A stretch of 64,000 nt of DNA from Schmidtea nova (taxonomy: Eukaryota): the NCBI GenBank assembly GCA_044892505.1, contig CM097882.1:183520001-183584000 (forward strand). The letters run 5' to 3'. The stretch's first letter is position 1. Each line of letters opens with the position of its first letter. Both the position numbers and the translations under genes were made by a program. Shown one piece after another: positions 11,886 to 23,852 of this stretch. The notes beneath the pieces are model-generated. The model saw only the letters and a program-made list of their open reading frames with translations, did not search any database and had not been told where the DNA came from.

Positions 11886-12475
11886 AAAATTTTGTGATTT
11901 GTAAATTTGCTTATTAAATAATTTTTATTTTGTATTTAGTTTATTGTAACGTATATGAGATAAAGTAATTTATTAAAAATTTCAAATGAATTAAACTATA
12001 CATTAGAATTAACAATAGAATTAACATAAATCTAATAAACAATAGAAACATTAAAGAGATAAAATATCGTAATTGATTAAGGATTATTTGTTGATATTGT
12101 AAAGAAGGGGGCTGAAAGAAAAGTTGAGAGTTGAAATATATTGTAAAGAAAGGGGGCTAAAGAAACATTGAGATGAAAGATAATGGATGCGGATAGATTA
12201 AAGTTAAAGCGTAAGTCCTTCTATCGGCAGCGAGACGAACCCGTGAACATAAATGGGGAGTAGTTTTAGCAATAGAGCTCACCTGCCCATCATTGTTCAA
12301 ACACCTTGCACATTTCCAACTCGATTATTACAGGGAAATGATCGAGGGTGCTCGTGTGATATGTAAGCATTTTATGTGAGGTTTTGGATGGAGGAATCCC
12401 TAGAGCGTTTAAAAATAATTGTTAATTCATTTTCTATTTTTGTTTTAACCCAATCCAGAACCGACAGCATAAATT

Positions 12476-12493
12476 TGGGGGCTCAGCCGGGAT
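12476..12493 (+). promoter_or_regulatory. Primer-binding site, tRNA-Pro type
   Basis: TGGGGGCTCAGCCGGGAT matches the canonical tRNA-Pro PBS TGGGGGCTCGTCCGGGAT at 16/18; 9 nt downstream of the LTR. Confidence 0.85.
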
Positions 12494-12865
12494 GAAAATG
12501 GTTTTTGTGCGAAAAATTGAATCCAATAATAACCAGGAGTTTTAAAATGCCCCTCAACCGAAAATTTAATTGATTTTGTGATTAGAAGTGAAAACAATAT
12601 CAACAGAGAATTTTTAAAGAAACAATGAGTGAATAAATATAACAACAGACGATTGATAATTGATATTAACAAAATAAATAAACATAAATAAATATGTCGG
12701 GACGACAATTTGATGAAACAGGGAGAGGTTTAACAACGGAAAACGAAATGTACCACTACTTTTAACCGACACAAATCGAACAAATAGAAAAACAAGATAT
12801 TGATATTTTTATTTTTTTATACCAAATAAAGCAGCAAACATATTAACAATATCAATTATTTAGCA

Positions 12866-13327
12866 ATGAACGACAAATTAAAAGAAACAGAAGAATTCTT
12901 AAACACGGAAAACAAAACATACGATGAATTATGCGAGAAAATAAGTCGAATAAGAGAATCCGGATTCAGAGAACCCATGACACAAACTGAAGAGACAACA
13001 GAGCTGATAAAAATAATGGAAAGAGTAGACAAAATAGATATAACAACTAGATACAAGTGGTACCGAACGAGATTAGAAAATGCTGATGTAAACATAAAAT
13101 GCAGACAGTTAGAACAACAATTAACTCCAACATACCACAAGTGGACGATACAAGGAACTGAGACAGCTAAGAAATTTAAACTCTGTTACATATGTCGAGA
13201 AAGAGAGAATAAAATCATGTTTTTACCATGTGGACATTTCCGGTTTTGTAGAATCTGTGCAGCCAATTGCGACAAATGCCCGATGTGCAATCTCGAAATA
13301 GACGAAAGAATTATTGTGTATTTATAA
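12866..13327 (+). CDS. 153-aa protein with C-terminal IAP/MDM2-type RING finger (putative E3 ligase)
   Basis: CYICRERENKIMFLPCGHFRFCRICAANCDKCPMCNLEIDERIIVYL-stop; no BIR domain; ATG after TTTAG|CA. Confidence 0.85.
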   Translation: MNDKLKETEEFLNTENKTYDELCEKISRIRESGFREPMTQTEETTELIKIMERVDKIDITTRYKWYRTRLENADVNIKCRQLEQQLTPTYHKWTIQGTETAKKFKLCYICRERENKIMFLPCGHFRFCRICAANCDKCPMCNLEIDERIIVYL

Positions 13328-13370
13328 TAAATAAATTTTGAAATTGAATAATATGATTTGTGATAAAGGA

Positions 13371-13555
13371 TAATGAGAATTAATATGATAATTCATAATG
13401 AGAATTAATATGAGAATTCGTAATGAGAATTAATATGAGAATTCATAATGAGAATTAATATGAGAATTCGTAATAAGAATTAATATGAGAATTCATAATG
13501 AGAATTAATATGATACTTGATAATGAGAATTAACAATGAGAATTTAAAATGAGAG
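13371..13555 (+). repeat. 25-bp tandem array TAATGAGAATTAATATGAGAATTC(A/G), ~6 copies plus decay
   Basis: Read directly from the sequence. Confidence 0.9.
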
Positions 13556-14015
13556 TTGATAATGGCAATGACAGAAATCATGATAACAATTGATATTTAT
13601 AAATAATTTTTGAGCTGCTCACGAGTAGTCCGTTAAGCACCTATTGGGAGGAACCAACTGATCAACTTACCCGAGATGTATAGAAAGGGGCCCATCGCGG
13701 AAATTGGAAAGCTTTTGTGATGTGACTGATCACCACATCTTGCATTAGTAGACCAATGCGATCTTTTTGTATATTTTGGTTGGGGTGAAAGGTAGGAACA
13801 ATCTAATGAGGTTTAAGTGCATGCAGAAAATACAAATAAAAATGAGAGAATAGAACACTGATCAGTGGAAGTCGAAAGAACATTAAGTAAATAGGTAGAA
13901 TGAAAGTTAATGTGATAACTCTCATAAAAATAGAGATAATTCAGCTGAATGATAACTAGCGAAGTGGATAATTGCGGTTAACCGGTTAAAGAGATTAGTT
14001 AAATACCTTGTATAA

Positions 14016-14410
14016 AAAGGTCAAGGGCAAATAAGCCATATTAGTTACTCTGAAAGAAGGGTCAAGGGCAAACAAGCCATATTAGTTACTCTGAAAGAAG
14101 GGTCAAGGGCAAAAAAGCCATATTAGTTACTCTGAAAGAAGGGTCAAGGGCAAATAAGCCATATTAGTTACTCTGAAAGAAGGGTCAAGGGCAAATAAGC
14201 CATATTAGTTACTCTGAAAGAAGGGTCAAGGGCAGACAAGCCATATTAGTTACTCTGAAAGAAGGGTCAAGGGCCAACGAGCCGTATTAGTTAATTACTC
14301 TGAAAGAAGGGTCAAGGGCCAACGAGCCATATTAGTTAATTACTCTGAAAGAAGGGTCAAGGGCCAACGAGCCATATTAGTTAGTTACTCTGAAAGAAGG
14401 GTCAATGGCA
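14016..14410 (+). repeat. 41-45 bp tandem array AAGGGTCAAGGGCAAATAAGCCATATTAGTTACTCTGAAAG, ~9.5 copies
   Basis: Read directly; later copies carry a 4-bp insertion. Confidence 0.95.
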
Positions 14411-14650
14411 ACATAAGAATTTGAACCTATGATTGCAATAGTGATAGCAACACAAGGAATGTGAACCTGTGATTGCAATTGTGGATGGCAACACAAGGAA
14501 TGCGAACCTGTGATTGCGATTATGGATAGCAACATAAGGAATGTGAACCTATGATTGCGATTGTTGATAGCAACGTAAGGAATATGAACCTAGGGTTGCA
14601 TTGTGAATAACAACATAAGGAATATGAACCTAGAGTTGTAGTCGTCGACG
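14409..14650 (+). repeat. ~41-bp tandem array CAACATAAGGAATGTGAACCT(A/G)TGATTGC..., ~6 copies
   Basis: Read directly; abuts the previous array. Confidence 0.9.
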
Positions 14651-15222
14651 AAGTAAGAATAGTGAACACTAGAATTTGAGTAATACGAGTAAAGATGATT
14701 AAGTAAACTAGAGATACAGTATGCATACAAGTAGAAATAAGAATAGGAGAAATTAGAGTTGATTAGTGAGAATAATGAGTAATGACGATATAATGAATAG
14801 TAATGAAAGGATAAAACTGAGTCAGGAGAACTCAGGGGAATTAAAGCGTCTGAGCGACAAATTTATTTGGGAGACCGAGGGAAAAGTAATGAATTTATTT
14901 GATAACGATAGATAATTATTACGACCATATAGATAATTGTTACCAGTGAATAGATAATTTAAATAGACTTAAATAAAGGGGAAACCGGGAATGGGGAAAC
15001 AATGGAAACCCAATAATGAGGAATAAAAGCGCAACGATAACAATGATGTATCGTTGAAGTGACTTTTTAATTTAGATATACGGAACAGAACAAGTCAAAA
15101 CAACCAGCCAATCAATCAGAATACGATAACAGAGAAACAGAAAAATTGATAAATTAAAGAAAAGTAAACCGAGATCAAGAACAGTTAAAAACCAAGAAGT
15201 TAATAATTCACAGAGAAATAAA

Positions 15223-18200
15223 TTGAGACCAAGAGCAGTTAGTGCTACAATTCAAAAAGTTGATAAATCACAGAGAAGTAAATCGAAACAAAGAGCAACC
15301 AGTGTTACAAAGAAAACAAATCCTAAAGGAAGTAAATCAAGAAGAGTAATAGTAGAAAAGTCGAAAATCGAAAACAGCAAATTTCCTAAAACTAACGAAA
15401 GTGAAACAGAAGAAAGTTCAAGTGAAACCTACGATAATTATAATAATACGGAAGCATCAGATAACGAGTCAATAAACACAGAAGAAGTAGAAGCAGAAAT
15501 TGATAATAATTCAAACGAAACGAATAACGAGCATACTAGTGAAACAAGAGGAAACGAGAGTAAAACGACACAAGACAGCGGAATCGAAATGAACGAACAT
15601 AAAGAAGAAATTAAAGATAAATTTACTGGAGAACCATTCAATGGAGATGCCAGCAAGTTAGAAACATTTTTAAAAGAATTTGGTATATTTGTAGAAGTAT
15701 GTAAATGGAAACCAGAAACGATAAGAAGCAGAATTCAGTTATATTTAAAAGACAGTGCGTTAGATTTATATTTAGAAGCTAAAAATTCGGACGATCAACT
15801 CGATAGTTGGGAAAAGATAAAGAATTTTTTCCAGCAAACGTTTGGAATAAATAAAGTATTAAATGAAGCGTTTACAGAATTTTCAATGAGGAAACAAAAA
15901 GTTAATGAATCAAATGCAGTATATGCAAGTGAATTAAAGAAATTGGCTAAATTAGCATTTAATCAAAATAGTCCAATGAGTCCAGAATTAATGGCAGCAA
16001 TTTTTGTGGGGGGATTGAGAAGACCCGATATAAGAGCACAAGTTGGATGCCAAGGTTGTAAAACAATAGATGAAGCGTTGGAAATCGCTAACAGATTTGA
16101 ATTACATATGATCGGAAGTGAAGGAAGAATTTACCTAGCAATGGATACGACACAAAATGAACAAGCAATGAAGATAAACAATCATATCCCGAATTCACAA
16201 CAATTAAACCGACCACCACCTCAAAGGAGAAATGAGGGAAACAAAGTACAAAATTTCGGAAACCAAAATAATTATAATACGCAAGGACAGACAAAGCAAT
16301 ATCAAACCTGTGGAAAGTTAGGACATTGGCAACAAGAATGTTTCGTGAACTTAAATTGTAAAACGTGTGGAAGAAAAGGACATTCGGAAAATAGATGTTA
16401 CCAAAGATCATGTTATAACTGTGGACAACCAGGTCATATGGCAAAGAATTGCCAACAACAAAACAACCAGCAAAGGAATTGGTCGAACAACGGAAATCGA
16501 CAAAATTATGCGAATCAACAGAGTAACGGAAACCGTCAGAATTTTGAAAATCAACAGAGTAATTATAACCAGAATAAAAGTACCACCAAAGAAATACATT
16601 TATTACAAGAAGTTCAGAGATTGACAGAGTTAATAAATAATACACCGAGAGGAAATCAACAAACGAATCAACAACAAATGAATATGATGAGAAAAGTAGA
16701 AAGTGAAAATGAACGACTAAATCGAGAAAGTCAAGCACGACATGCTCAAGAATGGGCAAGAATACAAAGAGAAGACGAACAGAAACGACAGGAAAGAGAA
16801 CGACAACCATTGAGAATTAATATGATGAGAGCAATGAATCAAACAAGAGATAACAAAGAAGATATTGAACCAGAAACAAACCAGATAAACCCAAATCCGG
16901 AAGATGAAGAAAACCAAAAAGAAAAAGTACAAGAAAACGAAGACGTTATTAAACAAAAAAGGATGTTGGTAGTCATGCCAAACGATCATGTATTTCGATT
17001 TGAATATGATGAAAAAGAGGAAGTAGGAGTATTAATTAATAAAGTAAACAAGACGATTCCGGGAATGACGAAACTACCCCGAGAAGCATTTTTACAGACA
17101 GAAGACGAAGCAGCAATAAAATTGAAACCAACCGACATATGGAAAGATTTAGGAGTACCAATGAATAAAATGAAAGTCACAGTTATCCGGGAAATAGAAG
17201 AAAATAACGATGAAGAGAAATCAAAACCAGTAACAAAAGTCAAAAGTAGAGCATTGAAGATATTTGAAGAGAGAATCAAACAGAGAAAAGCAATGGAAAT
17301 AGAAAAACGAAGAGGCCAAATAGATGAATCAGAAAACAATGACAACAAGGAAGAAATACCACCAAAAAATGTACCAGATAAAGTAGAACAGACCGCACAT
17401 ATAAATATGTTAAGAAACTTAACTAGAGAATTTTCAGATGTAGAAAGTGACAGTGATGTCAGTAGTTTAGCAGGAGATATGCTAAAAGAACCAGAAAATG
17501 AAGACAACAAGATAGAAGTAGCGAAGACGCCAGAAAATATACAAATAAAAGAAGATGAAATTCAGAAACTATTAGAAAATGCGTTAGAAGTGATTTATAA
17601 CGAAGAATTTATTGATAAGAAGCGATATCGAAAATTTATAAGAGCAGTATTCCGAATGAACTACAAAGAACGGTTACAAAGTCGTGAAGTAGAGATATTA
17701 TCAGGATACGTCGTCAAACTATTAGATGAACCACTCCACGAATACATAATTTTAATAGAAATAAACGAATGTTCACCAAGAATTTGGATCAAATCTCCAT
17801 GCACGAACGAAATTTATCGATGGGTAGAAGACAGATTGGGAAGTTCATATAAAAACAAATTTATATATTCAGGAAATGAACTTGTAAGACGAGCAACGCA
17901 TTTGGTAGAAACAGGCATATGGCCAGGAGAGATAACAACATTATCAATATGCGACAATAAGAAAGAGGAAAATTTACAAGAAATCGCAAAGGAAGCAAAT
18001 ATGTGTTTTGAGATGAGAATTAAACCTCAGTTAGTAGAAAAGAAAGAAAGAATTCTCAGAGAAAATTTAAATTCACTAATAGAACAAATTATTCAACAAA
18101 TCGGCAAGAATAGAGAAGAATTAACGAAAACTGAATATGAGAAATTAAAACAATGCATCGAAAATATACGAGATACCAGCCATACGAGAGATTCGTCATA

Positions 18201-21200
18201 CAAGACTTGGAAAGTGATCGCGAAAATGGGAAAAGCGATGTTTAAACAAGGAGAAATTGGAGATTTAAAAATCAAAGTGAAATTACCAAACGAAGACACA
18301 AAAGAAATTGAGGTAATCGTGGATTGCACAATAGAAGAATTAGTTGATGTTATCAATGAGACTTTATTACAACGGGAAAAAGAAGACGAATTAGAAGACG
18401 ATATCATCATAAAATATAATGAACACGTACTAGAAGATCATGATGAGAGACGATTATATAAAATCGGTATATGGGATAATCACCAAACAATTCACGTTAT
18501 CAGAATGGATGATACGTCAAGAGAAACACCAAAAGACGAAAAAAGGAGACAAGAACGTCGAAGAGAAGAGATGCACAAACTAAGACAAATAATAGAAATT
18601 TATCGAAGATGGCAGATACAGCCAGAATGGGAAAATGTATTAGGAGAATTAAACTTCAACGAACGCCGAGTAACACCAGTAGAGAAACACTGGGATGTTA
18701 AAGAGAAATGCTGGAAAGCAAAAGGAGGTATATATGAAGAGGAATTTAGACCAGAAATGGAAGACAAATATGAACCAGAAATTAGAAGAGTTTGTATGGT
18801 GACAAGAAAAGTCATGCCAACAGATTTAGATGGACCAGAAACCGCAGCAATATGGTTAGAAACGCAAAGACGAAAAGCTGACGAACTTATCGAATTACTA
18901 AAAGGAAATGTACAAGGAAAAAGGCGAACGATCAAAGGATTAACCGAATTTTTCGTAGCAGGCGGCGAAGATATAATTAGTTTACGAAAAGTAGCAAAGG
19001 TAGTAGCAGAATATAAACGAGTTAACGAGTGGTGCCCAGAACAATTAGACAATGTAATCAAGAAATGGAGAAACCAAGAAAACTCCCAAGAACCACCGCA
19101 GAAAATACATTTAAGGATAATATATCCAGATCGAGAAAAAGAAGAGCTTTGGGTAAGATTAACTGAAAAGATTCGAGATGTTAAAAAGAGATTAAAATAT
19201 GAACCACCATTTCATCTACAACATCAAGGACGATCACTAGAAAACGATATGGAAATTTGGATAACGCCAGCACAGTTAGAACTGGCAAATACGTTAACAG
19301 TAGACGCAATAGCAGGTCAACCATTAAAACTTAAAGAGAAAAGAGTAAAAGAAAGCGGAGATACTCAGAATCTAAAGAAAACGATGCAAATAAGGCCAGG
19401 AACAAGCGCAAGACAGTATGAAACAACATCAATAAAAACCCAAGAAAGAACTCGACCACAACCATACGATACAGAAGAAATCTTAACAGACTGTGATGAC
19501 ATGCTAGAAGAATTAGCAAAATTGACAAAAGAAAAGGGCAATAATATTTTCGAAAGAGTACAAGAGTTACCCACAACGTCACAAGCAATCAATACCCAAG
19601 ATGAAGTTGAGCAAGAAATAGAGATAGAAGAAGTGAACGAAATCTCTGAAGAAGAAGCAAGAGGAGCAAATACAGAAAACGAACGATTAACACAAGAAAT
19701 GGAAAAATGGTGGGAACAGAGAAATAATGAACCAAGAGATGTTACAGAGGAAACTGGACGAGAAACCAGATTGATTGAAACAGGTACAACAATGGATAGA
19801 CGACCTAGAGGTAGATCAAAGACAGATCCAGCCAACGTAACCAACAAAACCAAAGAGGAAAGGAGACAAGAGAAATGGGGATTATGTTTAAAGAAACTCA
19901 ACAAAATAGCAGAAGCAAAAGACCAGGAAATAACGCAAAAATGTCAAGGTGAAGGATGGATATCAAAAACACTAATGGAAATATTGGCGATAATTGATCC
20001 AGAATTGAAAAAATGGTGGAGAATAAACGAAATAAGCGACAAGGCTAAAGCATTACATAGCGCAATCGCACCAATCTTACCCGAACTGATAAAAGAGAAG
20101 ACAAAATCAAGCCATTTAGATTGGCAATGGACCACAACGTTGATAAAGAGGTTAACTGAAGATGCAGAAAACGATAATAAATATGTGATAGCAATTGCGT
20201 ATACAATTTATAACTTATTAACATTGAGTAGAGGTAATCCAAAATCTATGGCAATAGAGAAACATATCAAAAATACGGCAAGCATCATAGCAAAAGAAAT
20301 AGAACCATACGTCATCAGTAAAGGAGGATGGGAAACATTTGCTAAAACGAATCAAAGAAACAGCCAAGCAAAGAATATGAAAAAGAAATTTGAAGAAATT
20401 TTAGGAGAATTAGAAAAAGAAAAGTCAGGAACAGGAAGTGGAAAATCTTCACTAAACCTGAATTCAATCATAATGATGATACTAATATGGCTAATTAGCG
20501 TTGAAGGAGCAACGGCGTTCGAAGTATTTGATTGCGACCAGATGGCATTAGGAGAAAAATATTCATTAAGAGGAACCGAACAATGCAAAGATGCAACTCC
20601 AACAGAATTAAAAGTATTACATAAAGAACAAATATACCACGTATATCAGGAAGCCGACTTAATAAAGACAACAGTTAATGAATGTAAAATATATAAAACA
20701 AGATTTGCTTTTTATTGTGGACATCGCCACTACTCTGCAATCGTAATGCCAGGAGCGGAAAGAGAAGCGATAATGTTACAAGGAGAAGATTGCAATAAAT
20801 TGTTCAAACATGGAGAAGTCGAAACAAGAGATCGAATAAAGATAAGAGGAAAAGCTGGAGTAATACTACAACAAACTTACTATGTAGCAGGAGCTATCAC
20901 AGGAGGAGAAGGTTACTGTCAAGGAGCAACATATCCAATATTTGGAGTACCAGCAACTAACATGGTAGTAATCGACACATATACGGTAGAACTAAAAGCG
21001 TACGAAGCATATTTTGACCCAGCAACAGGAGAAATGAAGACGTTATCAATGTGTAAAATTGAAGCCAGTACCTGTCAAACCGGTATGTCGACTTTAACAT
21101 ATAGAGCAAAAGCAAATGAATGCCAATTACAATTATTAAAGGAAGCAGAGTTCGACGAAGTACAAGGGAAAATCTTTCAGGAAGAAGATGATGATGAAGT

Positions 21201-22830
21201 AGCAAGAGGAAAACGTCTACAGGAGACAGTAAAAGGAGAGAAACCGTTCACCGCTAAAGTACAAGAAAAAGAGGTAAGGATGAGAGAGACGCCAACCGTA
21301 TTGGTTACATCAAACGCAAATATAGGAATGAGGTTTGTAAAAGGAAAACCGACATTAAAATGTGGTGTTTCTATGTTAGAAACAAATTATCCAGGTATTT
21401 ATGTATCAAGACAAGCAGCACCAAATGCAAAACCCAAGGTAGATACTACAGACATCAAATTACACGTATATTTAAATAACAAATTGGATTTTTTATTTCA
21501 TAAAGGTCAAGCATCAATGGAGAAAATATACTACGATCTCATTAACAACGATTGTATATTGAACAGAGAAATATTAAAGACGAAATTAGCAGTAGCAATC
21601 ACAAACCCGAATAGTGCTATGCCATTATTACCACTTAACGAAGGTCATTTTGGAAGAGTAGTTGGAGAAGTTATGTACGTATATATATGTCGAAAGACAC
21701 AGGCAAACGTAGCAACAACGACCAGAATACGACAAGGACAATGTACCAATGAATTGGAAATTGAATATAAAGGGAAAATAAGATATGTACAACCAGTGAC
21801 AAGGATCATTAATCCGGTCAGTTTTGAACCAAACCCTTTCAATTGCAGTAACGCATACGGACCACTATATCAGAAACCAGACGGAAATTGGGTCATGTTT
21901 CCGTCAAAATCAGAAGTACAACCACCTAGAGAATTCGAATTGATGCAACTTTCAAAAGGACGAAAATTTTCCAATATAGATGTAAATAACGGAGGAATTT
22001 ACAGTGCAAAAGATCTCGAAGCAGCACGACAAAATATATTATTTCCAGCTAGAAGAGAAGCGGTATTATCTAGCATTGTAACAATAACAGGAGGAACAAG
22101 TTATCAAGGAGGACCAAATTATGAATTATTATTGTCACCAGCACACTTTAGGAAAGCAACAGAAAATATGATGAAAGCAATGTGGGGACGATTTTTAATT
22201 TTCGGACAAATGATGGCCGGAATACTAGGTGTAATTTTAATCATACAAATAATACGAGTGATAATCACACAAATGCTAGCATGCTTTGATATTTATAAAA
22301 GAGAAAAGAAAGTTAATTGGAAATTAATAGCAGGATTTTTACCATTTTTAGCAAAAACGATGGTGTTACATGGTCACTCCAAAGATATTCACAGAATAAA
22401 ACGATTATTAAAAATACTGGCAAAAATGAAAGGAACGGATGAAGACGTGGGAAGAAAATTCAAAAAGATAATGACAGATGAACAAGCGAGACTACAATTA
22501 AAAAGAGAAAGAAAAGGATTATGGGAAAGAATAAGAGGAGATAAAACTCAAGACGATTCCAGTGATGACGATGATAATAATGACGACTGTGAAGGAGGAC
22601 AAAGGTATAGAAACCAAGCACCGCAATATAACGACAAGAATCCAGCAGAAGCATGGAAATGTCACGCACCTCCACCAACAATGTATCAAGAACCACTACA
22701 GGTATCAGGACACAGAGCAATGCAAATGATGCCAATGACAATTTTATATCCAATTATACCAGAAGATTTTAAACTAAGACGATGTAGAAGTATGGATCCG
22801 CAAGACGATTCACTCACAATTGCAGTCATG
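15223..22830 (+). CDS. Polyprotein, 5' part: Gag CA + zinc knuckles, 3-4 ubiquitin-like domains, Bcl-2-like domain, class III envelope glycoprotein; interrupted at 22830 by the Maverick
   Basis: CA-like FTGEPFNGD...FLKEF...SWEKIKNFF...RKQKVNESNAVY; knuckles 16300-16452 (CKTCGRKGHSENRC, CYNCGQPGHMAKNC; the first has Y for the first Cys); BH2-like YVISKGGWETF 20308-20340; signal + FEVFDC at 20518; TM 22192-22266. Start uncertain: track start is TTG, frame open from 15130, first ATG at 15589. Confidence 0.9.
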
Positions 22831-23484
22831 AGTAGGGGATAGTGAGGTTACGGAGCCACTTTTTTCACATAGCAACGGTTGCTAAGGTTATTACACATAC
22901 ATCATTATATAATCATCGAAGAACACGTTGCCAGGGTAATTACACACACATATATCAATTTATAGTCCTAGTGAAATATGTTGCTAAGGTAAACACACAC
23001 CAATGTATTTTCTTCGAGGAAACTGTTTCCAGGGTAAATACACACAATAGGGTGACTTCCCTGAGGACCTTGTTGTCTGGGTAAACATACATACATACAC
23101 ATCAATATATAATTCTTACTGATAGATGTAGTTAAGGTAACTACACACAGCAATATATAGTCCCCGAGGAAGATGATGTCAAGGAAAATACACACAACAA
23201 TATATAATCCCCGAGGAACCTGTTGCCAGGGTAAACACATATCAATATATAATCATCGAGGAACCTTTTGCTAGAGTAGACACACACATTAAAGTATTGT
23301 CTCCTTGGAACCTGTTGCTAAGGTAAATACGCCATTGTGTAACGGCAGTGACTACTGTTGGTAACATCAAAACATACAACACATTAATTATTACCCGTAA
23401 CACACTCGATAACATGTTTTTACTTAATCGAACGACGTTTTTGTTTTAATGTACTGACTAACATTTCGAGTAGTTTTTTATTAA

Positions 23485-23670
23485 TTGATAATTTTTGATA
23501 TATTATATAATTTTTGTAAAATGATCTTTAGAAAATCGAATATGAGAACTTTGAAAACGGATGAAATGAATGCGAGAATTGTGACAATAGTCGAAATTTT
23601 AAAGACGATTCTACAAGAGCAGATGAAATTTAATAATATTTGTAAACAGAAACAATTATTTTTACATTAA
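23485..23670 (+). CDS. Small Maverick ORF convergent with PolB (mirror copy 35270-35455 on -)
   Basis: Peptide TLKTDEMNARIVT...LQEQMKFNNICKQ recurs as TMKTDGINSRIVT in the copy at 1-60 and LQERMKFIIICKQ near 59480-59535; true start uncertain. Confidence 0.45.
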   Translation: MIIFDILYNFCKMIFRKSNMRTLKTDEMNARIVTIVEILKTILQEQMKFNNICKQKQLFLH

Positions 23671-23852
23671 ATAAAAATATTGACACAAAAAAAAAATGAA
23701 AACCCTGAACAATAAAACCGTTTGAAATCTTGTCAATACATAAAACTTTAAAAATAATTAAACATAATAAACTAAAGAAATATAAAACTAAATATAATGA
23801 AACCAATTATTTTTTAACAAAGTTTTATTCAATACAAATCTGAATTGGATAT

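Larger units (their letters stand above)
9673..12466 (+). repeat. 5' LTR (2794 bp)
   Basis: Direct repeat of 44981-47774; all ORF-track translations in the two copies are identical; one substitution spotted (10239 T vs 45547 A). Confidence 0.97.

Noticed and set aside
13371-14650. CRISPR-like array
   Set aside because: Units are contiguous tandem copies with no unique spacers, no cas genes, eukaryotic context.
15438-22753. Many minus-strand and alternate-frame ORFs over the polyprotein (also 36414-44278)
   Set aside because: Shadow ORFs from the A-rich sense strand; F/L/S-rich with no motifs.
22825-22830. Targeted Maverick insertion at the Env-tail/protease boundary (site GTCATGAC is palindromic)
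   Set aside because: A single event; the TSD is off-centre in the palindrome, so targeting cannot be inferred.
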